Shown: positions 24,587 through 36,092, counted from the first letter of the whole stretch. The stretch is DNA of 63,289 nt, filler included, from an uncultured Gemmatimonadota bacterium (GCA_964490075.1; 5 parts of 5 records of this genome joined end to end with filler, not necessarily neighbours in it), one strand, 5' to 3'. The notes: generated from the sequence alone by a model not told the origin. Made by a program: numbers and translations.

Positions 24587-27500
24587 TCAACGCGCCAGCA
24601 CCGCCTTGCGCACCTGGCGCGCACCCTCCGCCCACAGCAAGATCGTGTAGACCCCCGAGGGCATGGCGCGCCCCGCGCTGTCCCTGCCCTTCCAGCGCGC
24701 TGAGTGGAAGCCGGCGGGACGTGTCTCGTCGACGAGGGTGGCCACGTGCGCGCCGCGCAGGTCGAAGACCGCCAGCCGCACGGGACCGGATCGCGCCAGG
24801 TCGAAGCGGATCAGGAGCTGGGGATTGAAGGGGTTGGGCGCCGGCGCCAGGAGTGCGGTGCGGCCCGGAAGGGCAGGAGCTTCGGCGGCGCTGGAGGGCT
24901 GCGCCTGGATCGTGGCGGCGACCTCGTCATTCGCGCCGTCCGCCACGGCGCTCTCGGTCCTCGCGATGCGATCGGCCTCGGCCTCGGTCAGCGCGACCAT
25001 CGGCCCCCACCCGCTCAGCTCCCAGCCCGGCGGTGTGGTGGATGGTCCCGCGCCGCCCCGCGTCTCGGCCGCGCGCCATGCCGCGCTCCTCGAGCCGAGC
25101 GCGGAACCTCTCGCGGCGCCGCGCGCCCTTCCTCCGGCTCCGGCGTCGACCCGTGTGTCGTCGGCCGTGCCGCCGCCGCCCCGATCCGCGCCCCGCGTGG
25201 CGGCGGCGCCGCCGGCTCGGGCGTGGGCATTGGCTCCGGCGCTCAGCTTCACGGCGTCGAGAGCATCGTCGTCCCAGAGCAGCGCCGCACCGGGAGCCCC
25301 GAGTCGCGCCCAATAGGTGTAGTTCCCCGGGGGAGCGGCACCCGGCACCGCCTGGCTCAAGGGCAGGGTGTAGCGCAAGCCGGGTCCCAGCCGCACCGGC
25401 ACCGGCGCATCGATCGGATCGATCGCGCTGGAGTCCGGCAGCACCACCGCCGCCCAGCCCTTTGTGCTCTGCACCGCCGCCGTGCGATTCGTCACCCGCA
25501 CCTGGTAGTCGACCACCGTGCCGCCGGGTGGAATCTCGATCGGCTCCTGGTCGACCAGGAGCTCGATCGAGATCGGCGAGCCGGTGTGCAGCACCCGGTT
25601 CGCATCGGTCGAGACCCGAGCCGCTCCGTGGGGATCGCGGGCCACCACCCGCCAGTGCAGGGCATGGTCGTCCCAGACCGATCCGACCAGCGCGATCAGC
25701 TCCTCCGCCGCCACGCCGAGCTCGGTCGCTCCGGTCGGCGGCAGCGCCAGAGTGTCGCTGAAGGTCGAGTCGGCGGCCAAGGTCAGGGTGTACTCCACCG
25801 GGTCCGAGTCGGGATCGATCGCCGCCTGCCAGGAGAGATCGAGCTGCATCGCGAAAACAGTGTCGCCGGGAGCCGGGCTCAGCAGGTCGAACTCCCCCGG
25901 TGGACTGTTGCGCGTGTCCCAGGGCTCGAAGTCGACATCGCCGACCACGGCATCGCCCAGGCCTTCAGGATTCGACTAGGCGTGGTAGGGACCGCTGGCG
26001 TCGCCCCACCAGAGCCCCTCCATCGAGAGCGTGGTGTCGGCGTCCGAGACCACGCCGTAGCGGCTGTTGCCGTAGATCTCGCCTCCGGCGGCGACCGACA
26101 GCGCGCCATCCTCGGAGACACCGAGCCCATCGACGTTGTCGGTCAGGGTCGCTCTGGCCAGGTGCAGCGATCCGGAGGCGACGGTGATGCCCGCGCCGTC
26201 GCTGCCCCGCACGACCGCCGCGGCCAGAGTGTCGTCGAGCGCCGACAGGAACAGGATGCCGGCCTGCGCGGAGGCGAAGCCCGGGGCGCCCGCATCCTCG
26301 ACGAGCAGGCCGCCCGGGCCTTCCAGGGTCGATCCGAGGCCCACCGTGAGCCCCCTCCAGAAGCCGGGTGCGGACGAGCTGCCGTGCAGCCAGGCCAGCG
26401 AGTCGGGTGGGCCCGGAAGGCGCAAAGAGCCGACGCCGCTGAGCCCCGCCGGAGCGCCGATCTCGAGCCCCCCCCCGCTCTCGAAGCGCAGCTCGACCGC
26501 CGCGCCGAGCTCCACTCCGGTGGTCGCGGGATCGCTCCCCTCGAGACGCAGGATACCCCCGGTCACCGTGTAGCTGGCGCCCGCGCTGGTCGGCTCCGAG
26601 AGTCTGAGCAGCCGGTCGCTGGTGCCCGCGGGCAGCTCGATCGGCCGCGTGTAGCCTGAAAAAGTGTTGCCGGTCAGCGACGCGCCGTAGCCGGAGCGGA
26701 TCGCCACCGCGTGGCCACCGTCGCCCGTGAAGATACAGTTTTCGACGCTCGGGGTAGCCGCCGCCGCGTCGAGCACCAAGAGCTCGGTGTCGTTGGAAGT
26801 GTCGAACGAAGTGCGCCGCAGATCGAGCGCCGCGCTGCCTTCGCAGACCACGCCGTAGTTCGCGGCGCCCGTGAGGACGCAGTCCTCCAGGAGCGGCGTG
26901 CCGGTGTCGGTGGCGTGCAGGGCGGCCTGATAGCCGCGGGTGTTCGAGACACCGCCGGCATCCTCGATGCGCGTCCAGCGCAAGGTCGAGAAGGCGCCGC
27001 CGTAGTCGCTCATCTGGCCGAAGAAGAGCCCCGGCCAGGCGGCTCCCTCGGCGCCGCGCAGCACGATCAACGAGTCGGCCCCCCCCTGGCAGGCCAGCGA
27101 GCCGTTGTTGGTCGGTCCGCCGTAGTTGTAGTTGGCGATCACCAGTCCCCGGCCGTCGGCGAACTCGAGCGTGGTGCCGGCCCGGATCGTGAGCGTCGCG
27201 CCCTGCCAGACCACGATGTCGGCACCGGTGACCCGGAAGGTGGCGGCGCCGGGGGCGGGGATGCCGCCCAGAGCCGCATCCTGGGTCAGCCCCGCCCCGG
27301 GAAGCTCGACGGCGGAGGTGCCGTAGCCCGACACGCTCAGCTCGTCCACTCTGGAGTCGAACCCGGCCACCACCGCGAAGGTCCCCGAGCCGCTGGCGCC
27401 GCAGCGGCGCATCTCGATCGCCGAGTCGTTGGGGTCGGCGCACCAGACCACCGGTTTGCTGGCCGCGGTGCTCAAGCTGCAATCGGAGAGCACCGGCCGG

Positions 27501-29034
27501 CCGCGGTCCACCCGCACCTCGTAGCCCTGGTGGGTGCTCACCTGGCACGAGTCCAGGGCGGCGCCGCCGGTGCCGAGGCTGACCAGCCCGTGTCCTGTGC
27601 CCTCTTCCAAGGTGCAGTTGCGCAGGATCGGTGCTTGCGTGTCTTCGGTGACCAGCGAGGCGCTCCAGCCGGCCCAGTTGTTGGCGCCGGCGTGGCGAAT
27701 CTGGCACCAGTCGAGATGGGAGCGCCCGCCGAAGACGTCGGATGCGTCGCCGAAGTAGAGGCCACGCCATCCGCCGCTCAGTCCCGAGAGCGACTCCAGC
27801 ACCACCGGCGCGAGCCGGGTTCCCCGCACCTCGAGCAGGCCCTGCTCGTAGAAGCCCCCCTGCCAGTAGTTGCCGATGACCAGCCCGCTGCCCGGATCGA
27901 AGACCACCCGCACTCCGGCCTGAAGCTCGAGAGTGGCGCGGTTCAGCACCACCAGGTCCCCGCCGCTCACCAGGTAATGGCCGTTCTCTCCCGGATCGGT
28001 CCAGACTACGTCGATACCCACCGAGCCCGGCGGCATCTCGATGAAGCCGCGACCCGGCAGAAAGACGTTGTCGGCGAGGACCGCCGCGTAGCCGGGCGTG
28101 CAGGCGATCGAGTCGGCCTGCTGAAAGCTGCAGGAGGTGATCCGGCACTCGGCCGTGAGCAGATCGGCCGCGCGCAAGTTCTCGCCGCCGGCCGCCGGCT
28201 CCAGAAAGGTGCAGGAGTCGAGCGCCGCCAGGGTCAGCGCCCCGAGCGACACTCCCAGGTCGTTGTCTTCGAAAGTGCAGGAGGTGGCGGCGGCGTTGCT
28301 GGCGCTGTCCGCGGTCGCGATGCCGGTCTGGTTGCCGCTGAAGGTGCAGCCGAGCGGTGCCAGCGCCGCGCCGCCCTCAAGCAAGAGCCCTTTGGTGCTC
28401 GACTCGAAGATGACGGCATCGAGGTTGGGCTCCACGGTCGCTTCCGCGTGCAGCGCGGCACGCGCACCGTCCCAGTTGGGTGCCCCGGCATTGCGGATGG
28501 TGCAGTGTTTGAGGTTCGATTCCAGCGACAGATCGGTGACGTCGCCGAAGTAGAGCCCGGGCCAGCCCTGTGTCGAGTCGGAGATCGCATCGAAAACGAT
28601 CGGATCCTGGACCGTTCCTACCGCCCAGAGCGAGCCCATATCGTACCAGCCGGTGCGCCAGTAGTTGCCCACCACCAGACCGCTGACCTCGTCCATGCGG
28701 ATTTCTACGCCCGGATCCAGAGTGAGCACCGCCAGGTTGTTCAGCACCAGGTCACCGCCGCGAACGCCGTAGAAGGCGTTCGTTCCGGGATCGTCCCAGG
28801 TGTGGGAAGCAGTGATGTTACCCGGCTGGATGGCGATCTCGCCGGCGCTCGGCGCGAAGGTGTTGCCACTGATGCTGCAGTAATAGCCGGCCTGAATCGG
28901 CGCCGCCAGCGAGGCGTCGAAGGTCGACCCGGAGATCTGGCCGGCGCCGGTGCTCTGGAACAGCACGTGGCTGTCGGTGGCGGTGGTGAAATCGCAGTCG
29001 CTGATCACGGCCGCCACGCCCTGCTGCGTCTCGA
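24587..29034 (-). CDS. large secreted parallel beta-helix repeat protein with C-terminal FlgD-Ig-like domain; 5'-truncated and interrupted by an in-frame TAG at 25976-25978
   Basis: ORFs 25976-29017 and 24587-25948 share a frame across WWGDASGPYHA*SNPEGLGDAV; repeated units GLVIGNY..GSL..W.GLYFG; C-terminal PNPFNP..VRLAVFDLRG..W.GRD..G..SGVY. Confidence 0.8.
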
Positions 29035-29134
29035 NNNNNNNNNNNNNNNNNNNNNNNNNNNNNNNNNNNNNNNNNNNNTTAATTAATTAANNNNNNNNNN
29101 NNNNNNNNNNNNNNNNNNNNNNNNNNNNNNNNNN
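29035..29134. other. artificial contig linker
   Basis: N-run with TTAATTAATTAA. Confidence 0.98.
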
Positions 29135-29258
29135 GGTCTACGAACTGGGGTCTTGTTAGATTCCGTGGAATCAGGAGGTCTGAACTTACAAGTTCGTCCG
29201 TCCGGCTCAAGAGACGATCGTCCCCCGAGGCGGTCGGGACGTCAACGATCGGTGTGGC

Positions 29259-30257
29259 ATGAAATCGTACATCAAGGGACTCGGCAGCTATGTGCCCGAC
29301 CGTGTCGTCACCAATGACGATCTCGCGCGGCGCTTCGACACCAGCGACGAGTGGATTCGCCAGCGCACCGGCATCGAGGAGCGGCGCTTCGCGGACGAGG
29401 GGGTGTGGTGCTCCGATCTGGCGAAGGAGGCATCTCTGGCGGCGGTCGCCGACGCCGAGATCGACCTGCACGAGATCGACCTGATCATCTTCGCGACTCT
29501 TTCCCCCGACCACCATTTCCCTGGAACCGCCTGCTATCTGCAGCCCAAACTGGGCCTCGAGGGCGTGCCCTGCCTCGACATCCGCCAGCAGTGCACCGGC
29601 TGGGTCTACGGCATGACGCTCGCCGATTCCCTGGTGAAGAGCGGCGCCTATCGCAACATCCTGCTGGTCGGCTCCGAGGTGCATTCACACGCGCTGCACT
29701 ACGCCGACGCCGGGCGCGACGTGACCGTGATCTTCGGCGATGCCGCCGGTGCGGCGATCATCGCGCCGGCGCCCGAAGGCTCCGATCGGGGAATGCTGGC
29801 CCATGCCCTGCACGCCGACGGTCGATTCGCCGATCGGCTCTGCCTCCGTCTCTTCGACATCTCGCGGATTCCGATCACCGACGGCGAGTACCTGGAGCCG
29901 AACGAGAACCACTGGCCCTACATGGAAGGGCGCCACGTTTTCAAAGAGGCGGTCCGGCGCATGCCCGAGGTGGTCCGCGAGGTGCTGGCCAAGACCGGCC
30001 ACGGCGTCGAGGACATCGACCTCTTGGTGCCCCATCAGGCCAACCTGCGCATCAACGAGTTTGTCGTCGCCTCGCTGGGACTGCCGCTGCCGAAGGTGAT
30101 CAACAACATTCAGCGCTACGGCAACACCACCGCGGCGTCGATTCCGCTGGCTCTCGACGAAGCCCGGCGCAAGGGCCAGGTCGAGACCGGCGATCTGGTC
30201 TGCATGGTGGCCTTCGGCGCCGGCTTCACCTGGGGCGCGGTCACTCTGCGCCTGTAG
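29259..30257 (+). CDS. fabH: 3-oxoacyl-ACP synthase III
   Basis: DTSDEWIRQRTGI, catalytic Cys in QQCTG, PHQANLRI, YGNTTAASIP, FGAGFTWG. Confidence 0.95.
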   Translation: MKSYIKGLGSYVPDRVVTNDDLARRFDTSDEWIRQRTGIEERRFADEGVWCSDLAKEASLAAVADAEIDLHEIDLIIFATLSPDHHFPGTACYLQPKLGLEGVPCLDIRQQCTGWVYGMTLADSLVKSGAYRNILLVGSEVHSHALHYADAGRDVTVIFGDAAGAAIIAPAPEGSDRGMLAHALHADGRFADRLCLRLFDISRIPITDGEYLEPNENHWPYMEGRHVFKEAVRRMPEVVREVLAKTGHGVEDIDLLVPHQANLRINEFVVASLGLPLPKVINNIQRYGNTTAASIPLALDEARRKGQVETGDLVCMVAFGAGFTWGAVTLRL

Positions 30258-32460
30258 CGGACCCTTCCGACTCGGTGGGGGCGGCTCCGCCGTCTGCGGC
30301 GTCGGCGCCGACTTCGATCGTGTCGGGCAGGGCCGGGGTCTCTCCGGGTTCCACGTCCGGCTCCAGCGGTTGGTCGTCGATGATCGCGCCCTGGTCACCG
30401 GCCCGGTAGGCGTTTTCGCCGCGCTCCAGCGTGCGTTCGGAGATCCCCTCCAGCGATTGGTCGACAGTCTCGCGGAGATTGTCGAGGCGGCCGGTGAACG
30501 ATCGCGTAACGGTGTCGCCGTCTTCCAGCGAGGTAATCACGTGCGGCGTGATCAGGATCACCAGCTCGGTTTTGCTGTCGCGAGTACTGGTGGAGCGGAA
30601 CAGGTAACCCAGGATCGGGATCTTCGAGAGGATCGGAATGCCGGTGTGGGCCATCGTCTCCGATTCCTGGATCAACCCGCCGATCGCCAGGGTCTGGCCG
30701 TCGCGCACCGCGACGGTGGTCTTGGCGGTGCGCGAGATGAAGGTCGGCTGACCGTTGGTGGTCGATCCGGAGATCTCGGAGACCTCTTGCTCCAGTTCCA
30801 GCGACACCACACCCTGCTCGTTGATGTTGGGCGTGATCGACAGTTTGATGCCGGCGTCTTTGTACTGGAACGTGAGACGCTCGATACCGGCTTCGGAGAT
30901 GGTGCTCTGCTCCACCGGCACCTGGTCGGTCACCGCGATCTCCGCCGTCTTGTTGTCGGAAGCGACGATATTGGGGCTGGCCAGGACGTTCAGCTTCGAC
31001 TCGCTGGCGCGCGCTTCTACGATGGCCTGCAGACGGTTGGTCTCCGAAATCATGTAGCGGAAGCCGTCGAACACCGAGGACGCCGAGTCGCGGGTGGCGG
31101 CACCGCGCGAGAAATCCTGCTGAAAGGTGTGCTCGTTGCCGCCGTAGGACGTCGTCGCCGCATTGGATGTCGCCCATTCGACGCCGAGCTGAGACTGGTC
31201 GTCGAGCGAGATCTCCGCCACCAGCATCTCGATGAATACCTGCTTGGGAGGGATATCGAGCAGCGCGATGGTGCGCTTGATGTTCTCGTAGTTCTTGGGA
31301 GTGGTCTTGACGATCAGCGCGTTGATGTCTTTGTAGGGAACCACGGTGGCACCCGAGAATCGCTCGTCTTCGGTGGTGACCGCCGAGGAGGTCTGCGGAG
31401 TGCTGCGGCGATTGCGGCTGCTGCGTGCCCGGGCACGCTCAGCCGCCCGCTGGCGCGCCGCCGCGGCGGCGCGCGAGGCGCGGGTGCTGCTCGGATCCTC
31501 GTCATAGAGGTCGTTCAAGACCGCGGCCACCGTTTCGGCGTCGGCGTTCTCGAGGTAGTAGACGTAGAGATTGTCTTCGGTGGCGTTGCTCGGCACGTCG
31601 AGATGATCGACGATCAGGAGCATGCGCCGGATCGCCGACGCCGAGGAGGAGATGATGAGTGTGTTGGTGCCTTCGTGGGAGACGATGGTATGGCCCTGTC
31701 CCTCGGCGAAATCGTTGAGCGCCGTCGCCAGCTCGGTGGCGGGGATGTGGTCGAGGGGCACGATCTGGGTGATCAGACGATCGTCGGTGGGAATGCCGTC
31801 CAGCGATTTACCGCGGCGGGTCTCGACGTTGTACTGCGACGAGTCTTTGAGCGGGACGATCTTGTAGTAGCGACCGGAAGGGATCGCCGCCAGGGCGTTG
31901 ATCTCCAGCACGGTCTGGATCACGTCGGGAATATCGGCCTTGAGAACTTGACGCGATGACTTGATGGTCACCGACGCGGCATCGACCTCGGGGTGAACGA
32001 TGAAGTTGAGGTCGTCGCGCACCTCCGACATCAGCTGCAGGAACTCCAGCAAATCCATGCCGTCGAAGTTCATCTTCAGCGCGTCGGAGGCGCCGGAATC
32101 GACCAGGCGCGATGCCGACTGGGGCACCACCGGCGTGCCGGCGCGGCGGGTCGGAGTGCGCCGGGAACGAACCGGGGGAGGCTCGGGTAGATCGGCGTCG
32201 CCCTCGTCTTCGTCCTCACCGAGCAGGTCGCGGGCGGGTCGGAAATCGAATAGATCGCCGGCCGACTCCTCCATCTCCTCCAGGATCCGTTCGCGACTCG
32301 GGATGCGCGGTCCGGAGCGGTCCTCGGCCTCTTCCTCTTCTTGCGCCCTCGCATGGCCGAAAGAGACCAGGCCGGCGCAAGTCAGGCCGATTGCCAGCAT
32401 TCGGATCGCTGCGCGTTGACGCTTCATCTTCTTGGAGTCCTGCTGCTCGGGTTTGCTCAT
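30241..32460 (-). CDS. gspD: type II secretion secretin
   Basis: N0/N domains, LDIPPKQVFIEMLVAEI, DGQTLAIGGLI, GIPILSKIPILGYLF, TELVILITP. Confidence 0.93.
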   Translation of the reverse strand: MSKPEQQDSKKMKRQRAAIRMLAIGLTCAGLVSFGHARAQEEEEAEDRSGPRIPSRERILEEMEESAGDLFDFRPARDLLGEDEDEGDADLPEPPPVRSRRTPTRRAGTPVVPQSASRLVDSGASDALKMNFDGMDLLEFLQLMSEVRDDLNFIVHPEVDAASVTIKSSRQVLKADIPDVIQTVLEINALAAIPSGRYYKIVPLKDSSQYNVETRRGKSLDGIPTDDRLITQIVPLDHIPATELATALNDFAEGQGHTIVSHEGTNTLIISSSASAIRRMLLIVDHLDVPSNATEDNLYVYYLENADAETVAAVLNDLYDEDPSSTRASRAAAAARQRAAERARARSSRNRRSTPQTSSAVTTEDERFSGATVVPYKDINALIVKTTPKNYENIKRTIALLDIPPKQVFIEMLVAEISLDDQSQLGVEWATSNAATTSYGGNEHTFQQDFSRGAATRDSASSVFDGFRYMISETNRLQAIVEARASESKLNVLASPNIVASDNKTAEIAVTDQVPVEQSTISEAGIERLTFQYKDAGIKLSITPNINEQGVVSLELEQEVSEISGSTTNGQPTFISRTAKTTVAVRDGQTLAIGGLIQESETMAHTGIPILSKIPILGYLFRSTSTRDSKTELVILITPHVITSLEDGDTVTRSFTGRLDNLRETVDQSLEGISERTLERGENAYRAGDQGAIIDDQPLEPDVEPGETPALPDTIEVGADAADGGAAPTESEGSATGAE

Positions 32461-32489
32461 GCGGGTTTCGATCCTGGTGGGCGCGCGGC

Positions 32490-33116
32490 TCACTCGTCTT
32501 CGTCCTGCCCGCGAGCGCGCTCGCGAGCTTTGCGCAGCCGCCGTTCCCTCAAGTAGTCGCGGCGGCTCTTGGCGCTGGAGTTTCGATTCAGACGGGCCGA
32601 CTTGGACCGGGAGGCCGGTTTGCTCTCGCCTGTGAAGCATTTGACGATCAGCTCTTCGGTGGGCTTGCGCAGCCGCACCTCGGTCGACTCGATCGAGGCG
32701 ATCAAGTAGCCGTCGATCTTCTCCGAGAGGTAGTAGCGGCGTGATGCGTCCTCGCCCTTTTTCATCAGGTAGGCGAGGCGCTCGTTGTTTTCGAGGACCA
32801 CCGTTCCGAGCAAGGTGTAGTCCGACGCCTCGCGGGCCTGGCGGGCTTCGTCGGGATCGGGCGCCGCGTCGATCTTGCGCCGCTCGGGGTGGAAGGGGTT
32901 CTTGGCCTGAACGACCTGGTAGTCCTTGCGCGCGACCCGGCTCCTGCGCTGATCGGACTCGGCCTTGGCGGATCCGGCGCTCTGCGCCGCGTCGATCGCC
33001 GGCAGACCCTGGTCGGGATCGGTGTCGGCCGACCAGGTTCCGACATTGGCCCAGACCAGCCAGCCGTTCAGCGCCAGGACGGCGAGGTTGAGCGGAATCG
33101 AGCGTTTGAGGGTCAC
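32490..33116 (-). CDS. GspC-like type II secretion protein
   Basis: N-terminal TM, KNPFHPER, YTLLGTVV..AYL (HR-domain-like); immediately before gspD. Confidence 0.65.
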   Translation of the reverse strand: MTLKRSIPLNLAVLALNGWLVWANVGTWSADTDPDQGLPAIDAAQSAGSAKAESDQRRSRVARKDYQVVQAKNPFHPERRKIDAAPDPDEARQAREASDYTLLGTVVLENNERLAYLMKKGEDASRRYYLSEKIDGYLIASIESTEVRLRKPTEELIVKCFTGESKPASRSKSARLNRNSSAKSRRDYLRERRLRKARERARGQDEDE

Positions 33117-33679
33117 GATCCAGCCTCCTCGTTGGAAGCCGCGCTGAAGCCGTGGATCGTCATCTTGACGTCGAGCTTCTCGTCGGGGGAGCGGCGCTTG
33201 CGCTGCCGGATCGAGATCGACGAGATCTGCAGGGCCCGCTGATGGCTGTCCATCCCGTAGAGCAGGTCGACCAGCGTCTCGATCCTGAGCTCGAGCGAGA
33301 TCTCGATCGGGATGCTGGTCAGGTCGCCGACCACCACCGCATCCTTGGGCTTGTTGCTCTTGAGCTCGACGTCGGCCTTCTTGGCCGCCGAGTTGACCAG
33401 CTTGCCCAGCTCCGCGCCGGCGATGCCGGTGTCCTCGCCGGGCAGCAGCCGGGAGCGCATGCGCCGGCCCTCCGCCGTGGCCACGGCCAGCTCGCGCTCG
33501 ACCCGCTTGGCACGCGCCAGGGTGCCGCGCGCCTGCACCAGGTCGAAGCGCGCCGTCTCGATCTGCTCTCGGGTGCCGGCGCGTGCCGCCAGCAGGGGGC
33601 GCACGCCGAAGGTGATGCCGCCCCAGACCAGGGCCACGAGCGCCGCGCCGCTCACCAGGCGCTTTTCCCTCTCCGTCAT
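33113..33679 (-). CDS. gspM: type II secretion protein M (PilO-like)
   Basis: MTEREKRL plus TM, coiled coil and ferredoxin-like fold; operon position. Confidence 0.8.
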   Translation of the reverse strand: MTEREKRLVSGAALVALVWGGITFGVRPLLAARAGTREQIETARFDLVQARGTLARAKRVERELAVATAEGRRMRSRLLPGEDTGIAGAELGKLVNSAAKKADVELKSNKPKDAVVVGDLTSIPIEISLELRIETLVDLLYGMDSHQRALQISSISIRQRKRRSPDEKLDVKMTIHGFSAASNEEAGS

Positions 33680-35097
33680 TGGCCGGCCTCCGGCTCCTCG
33701 GCGACGATGGTGGCGCAGATCTTGAAGTTCCACTGCTCGTCGCGCAGCGTGGTGCGCGAGCACTCGGAAACCTCCGCGAACATCGCGTTTCCTCCCAAGA
33801 GGATCTTGAGCTGCTGCACGTCGTCGTTGTTCTCGGCGTGTCCGGTGATCGTGATCTTGGGCCCGTCGATGGTCAGATTGCTGATCCAAGCACCGTAGTC
33901 GAGCAGCCTGGCGAGCTCGCGGATGGTGGTCAGCGGGCCGATGAGTCCGGCCCGAGCCTGGTCGAAGCTGCTCGCCAGCTTCCGCTGCTCGGTGAGGTCG
34001 CTCTCGAGGCCCTTGATGCGCTGCACCTCCGGGGTCAGCTCGGTGAGCTCGGCGCGGAGCGCGGAGAGCTGGCGACGCTCGTGCACCAGGTCGCCGGCGA
34101 TCAGCCCGATGCCGAGCAGTGCCGCCAGTCCGACCTGTAAGCCGATCGCCAAGGTGCCGGCCCCGGTGTCGCCGGAGCGCTGATCCTCGGGCAGCAAGTT
34201 GGGCAGCCCGTGCGACTCGCCGATCCCCAATCGGGCCAGCGCATGGGCGGTAATGGCCGATGCCTGCTCGTCATCGAGCTCCAGGCCTCGTCCCAGCGGT
34301 TCCAACGAGTCGAGCTTCAGGTGGGCACTCAGCTCATCGACCACCTCGGCCGGGAGCGCCCGGCCGCTGGTGATCACCCGCGCCGGTCGCGGCTCGCCGA
34401 TGGCGCTCATGCAGGCCTGGCGCGTGGCGGCGACCAGCTGAGCCGTCATCTGCTCCGGGCTGGTCGAGTTGCCGCTCGCGGCGGTCCCGTTGCCGTGTGG
34501 GAAGCGGTAGATCCCCGCCGGAGCGGTCCCTCGCAGCACGGCGACCTCGGTGGAGGAGACGTTGCTCCGCACCAGCGCCATCGCTTCGCCCGCGGCGCCG
34601 CCGGCCGCCGGCAAATCGAGATCGGCGAGGATGCCCGGGGTGATCGCCATGGTCGGCAACCCGGCATTGGCCACCAACGTGCGGTAGCGGTCGAGAATTC
34701 CGCGCTCGACCGCCACCACCAGCAAGCGCACCTTGTCGTCGATCCGTTCGATCAGGCGGAAGTCGAAGTAGGTCTCGCCCGCCGCGAGCGGAAAGCTGCG
34801 CTCGATCTCGAACTCCAGCAGCTGGCGCAGGTGCTTCTCCTCCACGCCCGGCAGCTCGATGATGCGGATCATCGCGTCCTTGAGCGGGATGCCCGCCACC
34901 ACCCGCCGGCAGCGCAGGCCCTTCTCGGTCAAGAACGCCGACATCTGGTCGGCGACCTCGGCCTCGCCGGAGGCGGCGGAGACGTCGAGGGTCGCCATGC
35001 GCGTGACATGGGGCGCACCGAAGATCCGTCTCATCTGCACGAAGTGGATTCGCCCTTCCACGAACTCGATGCCCAGGGCGCGCGCCGGCAGCTTCAC
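33676..35097 (-). CDS. gspL: type II secretion protein L (PilM/PilN-like)
   Basis: actin-like N-terminal domain (LGIEF), PNLLP before the TM, PilN-like ITITGHA. Confidence 0.8.
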   Translation of the reverse strand: MKLPARALGIEFVEGRIHFVQMRRIFGAPHVTRMATLDVSAASGEAEVADQMSAFLTEKGLRCRRVVAGIPLKDAMIRIIELPGVEEKHLRQLLEFEIERSFPLAAGETYFDFRLIERIDDKVRLLVVAVERGILDRYRTLVANAGLPTMAITPGILADLDLPAAGGAAGEAMALVRSNVSSTEVAVLRGTAPAGIYRFPHGNGTAASGNSTSPEQMTAQLVAATRQACMSAIGEPRPARVITSGRALPAEVVDELSAHLKLDSLEPLGRGLELDDEQASAITAHALARLGIGESHGLPNLLPEDQRSGDTGAGTLAIGLQVGLAALLGIGLIAGDLVHERRQLSALRAELTELTPEVQRIKGLESDLTEQRKLASSFDQARAGLIGPLTTIRELARLLDYGAWISNLTIDGPKITITGHAENNDDVQQLKILLGGNAMFAEVSECSRTTLRDEQWNFKICATIVAEEPEAGQ

Positions 35098-36092
35098 GGG
35101 AGCACCCTCCGGGGCGGCGTCGAGCCGGTGTCGTCCCAGTGCAACACCTGCACCGCCGAGGCGCCGGCCGAGCCACGGCCGACCACCTGCACCACGGCGC
35201 GGATCTGGCGGTAGATCTCACTCTGTTCCACCTGTCCCTCGGCGACGATGCTGAGGTAGCTGGAGAGCACCTCACGGCGCGATCGACCGCTGCGCTGGGT
35301 CAGCGGGGTGCTCATCCGATCGAGCTGGATCGTCTGCGCCTCCGCCTCTCCCAGGCGCGCCACCAGCACCGGGTAGGGTGCGGTGTAGCGATTGGGGGTG
35401 CGACGGTTTCCCCACACCGTCACCAGGTCGCGCAGCCCCGGAAGATCTTCGTCGCCGTAGAAGATCTCGGGCGTGATGCCGCGCACCATGAGCAATTCCT
35501 CCAGCGCCCGGAATCCCCCGCCGCGCGTCGCGTAGGGCAGCTCCAGAGTGGAGTAGTAGTCGTCCTCGGCGCCGCTCAGCCCGCGCAGATCGTCGGCATC
35601 TTTCCAGTCCAAGATGGCGTCGATGATCTCGTCCCTTTCCGTCCCGATCTGAATGCCGACTTGATCCAGCAGTCGTGCCAGGGTCTCGCGGCTGGCGCGG
35701 TTGATCTGGATCAGCGCGCTCTCGTCGTGAATCGCGTAGGAGCAGTAGCCGTATTCCAGCCAGCGGCCGGTACGGACAGTGCTTTCGAGGGCCTCGGCCA
35801 ACAGGGCTTCTACCGCCAAAGGCGGATCGGAGTTCCTGGCGAAGTAGACCTCTCCGGTCTCTTCGTCCCGAAAGCAGAAGTCCGCAGGCTGCATGATCTC
35901 CTCGACCGCGCGGTCGAGCGCCGCGATGGCGAGGTAATAGGCCCGGGAAGAGTCCCGATAATTGCCCGCCATGTCTACCTCTGTTCGCGCGATGAAGGCG
36001 AACTCGAAGGCCATCAAGAGGAGCGCGGTCAAGAGCAGCAGCACCACCAGGAGGGCGATGCCTCGTTCGTTCTCTCGGGCTCGGGGGCTCAA
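35094..36092 (-). CDS. gspK: minor pseudopilin K
   Basis: ERG/IALLVVL (no E5), DESALIQIN, AILDWKDADD, GAEDDYY, EELLMVRG. Confidence 0.9.
   Translation of the reverse strand: MSPRARENERGIALLVVLLLLTALLLMAFEFAFIARTEVDMAGNYRDSSRAYYLAIAALDRAVEEIMQPADFCFRDEETGEVYFARNSDPPLAVEALLAEALESTVRTGRWLEYGYCSYAIHDESALIQINRASRETLARLLDQVGIQIGTERDEIIDAILDWKDADDLRGLSGAEDDYYSTLELPYATRGGGFRALEELLMVRGITPEIFYGDEDLPGLRDLVTVWGNRRTPNRYTAPYPVLVARLGEAEAQTIQLDRMSTPLTQRSGRSRREVLSSYLSIVAEGQVEQSEIYRQIRAVVQVVGRGSAGASAVQVLHWDDTGSTPPRRVLP

Noticed and set aside
25976-25978. Genome-wide TAG reassignment linked to GatDE
   Set aside because: TAG ends several conserved genes at their expected C-termini; only one internal TAG was seen
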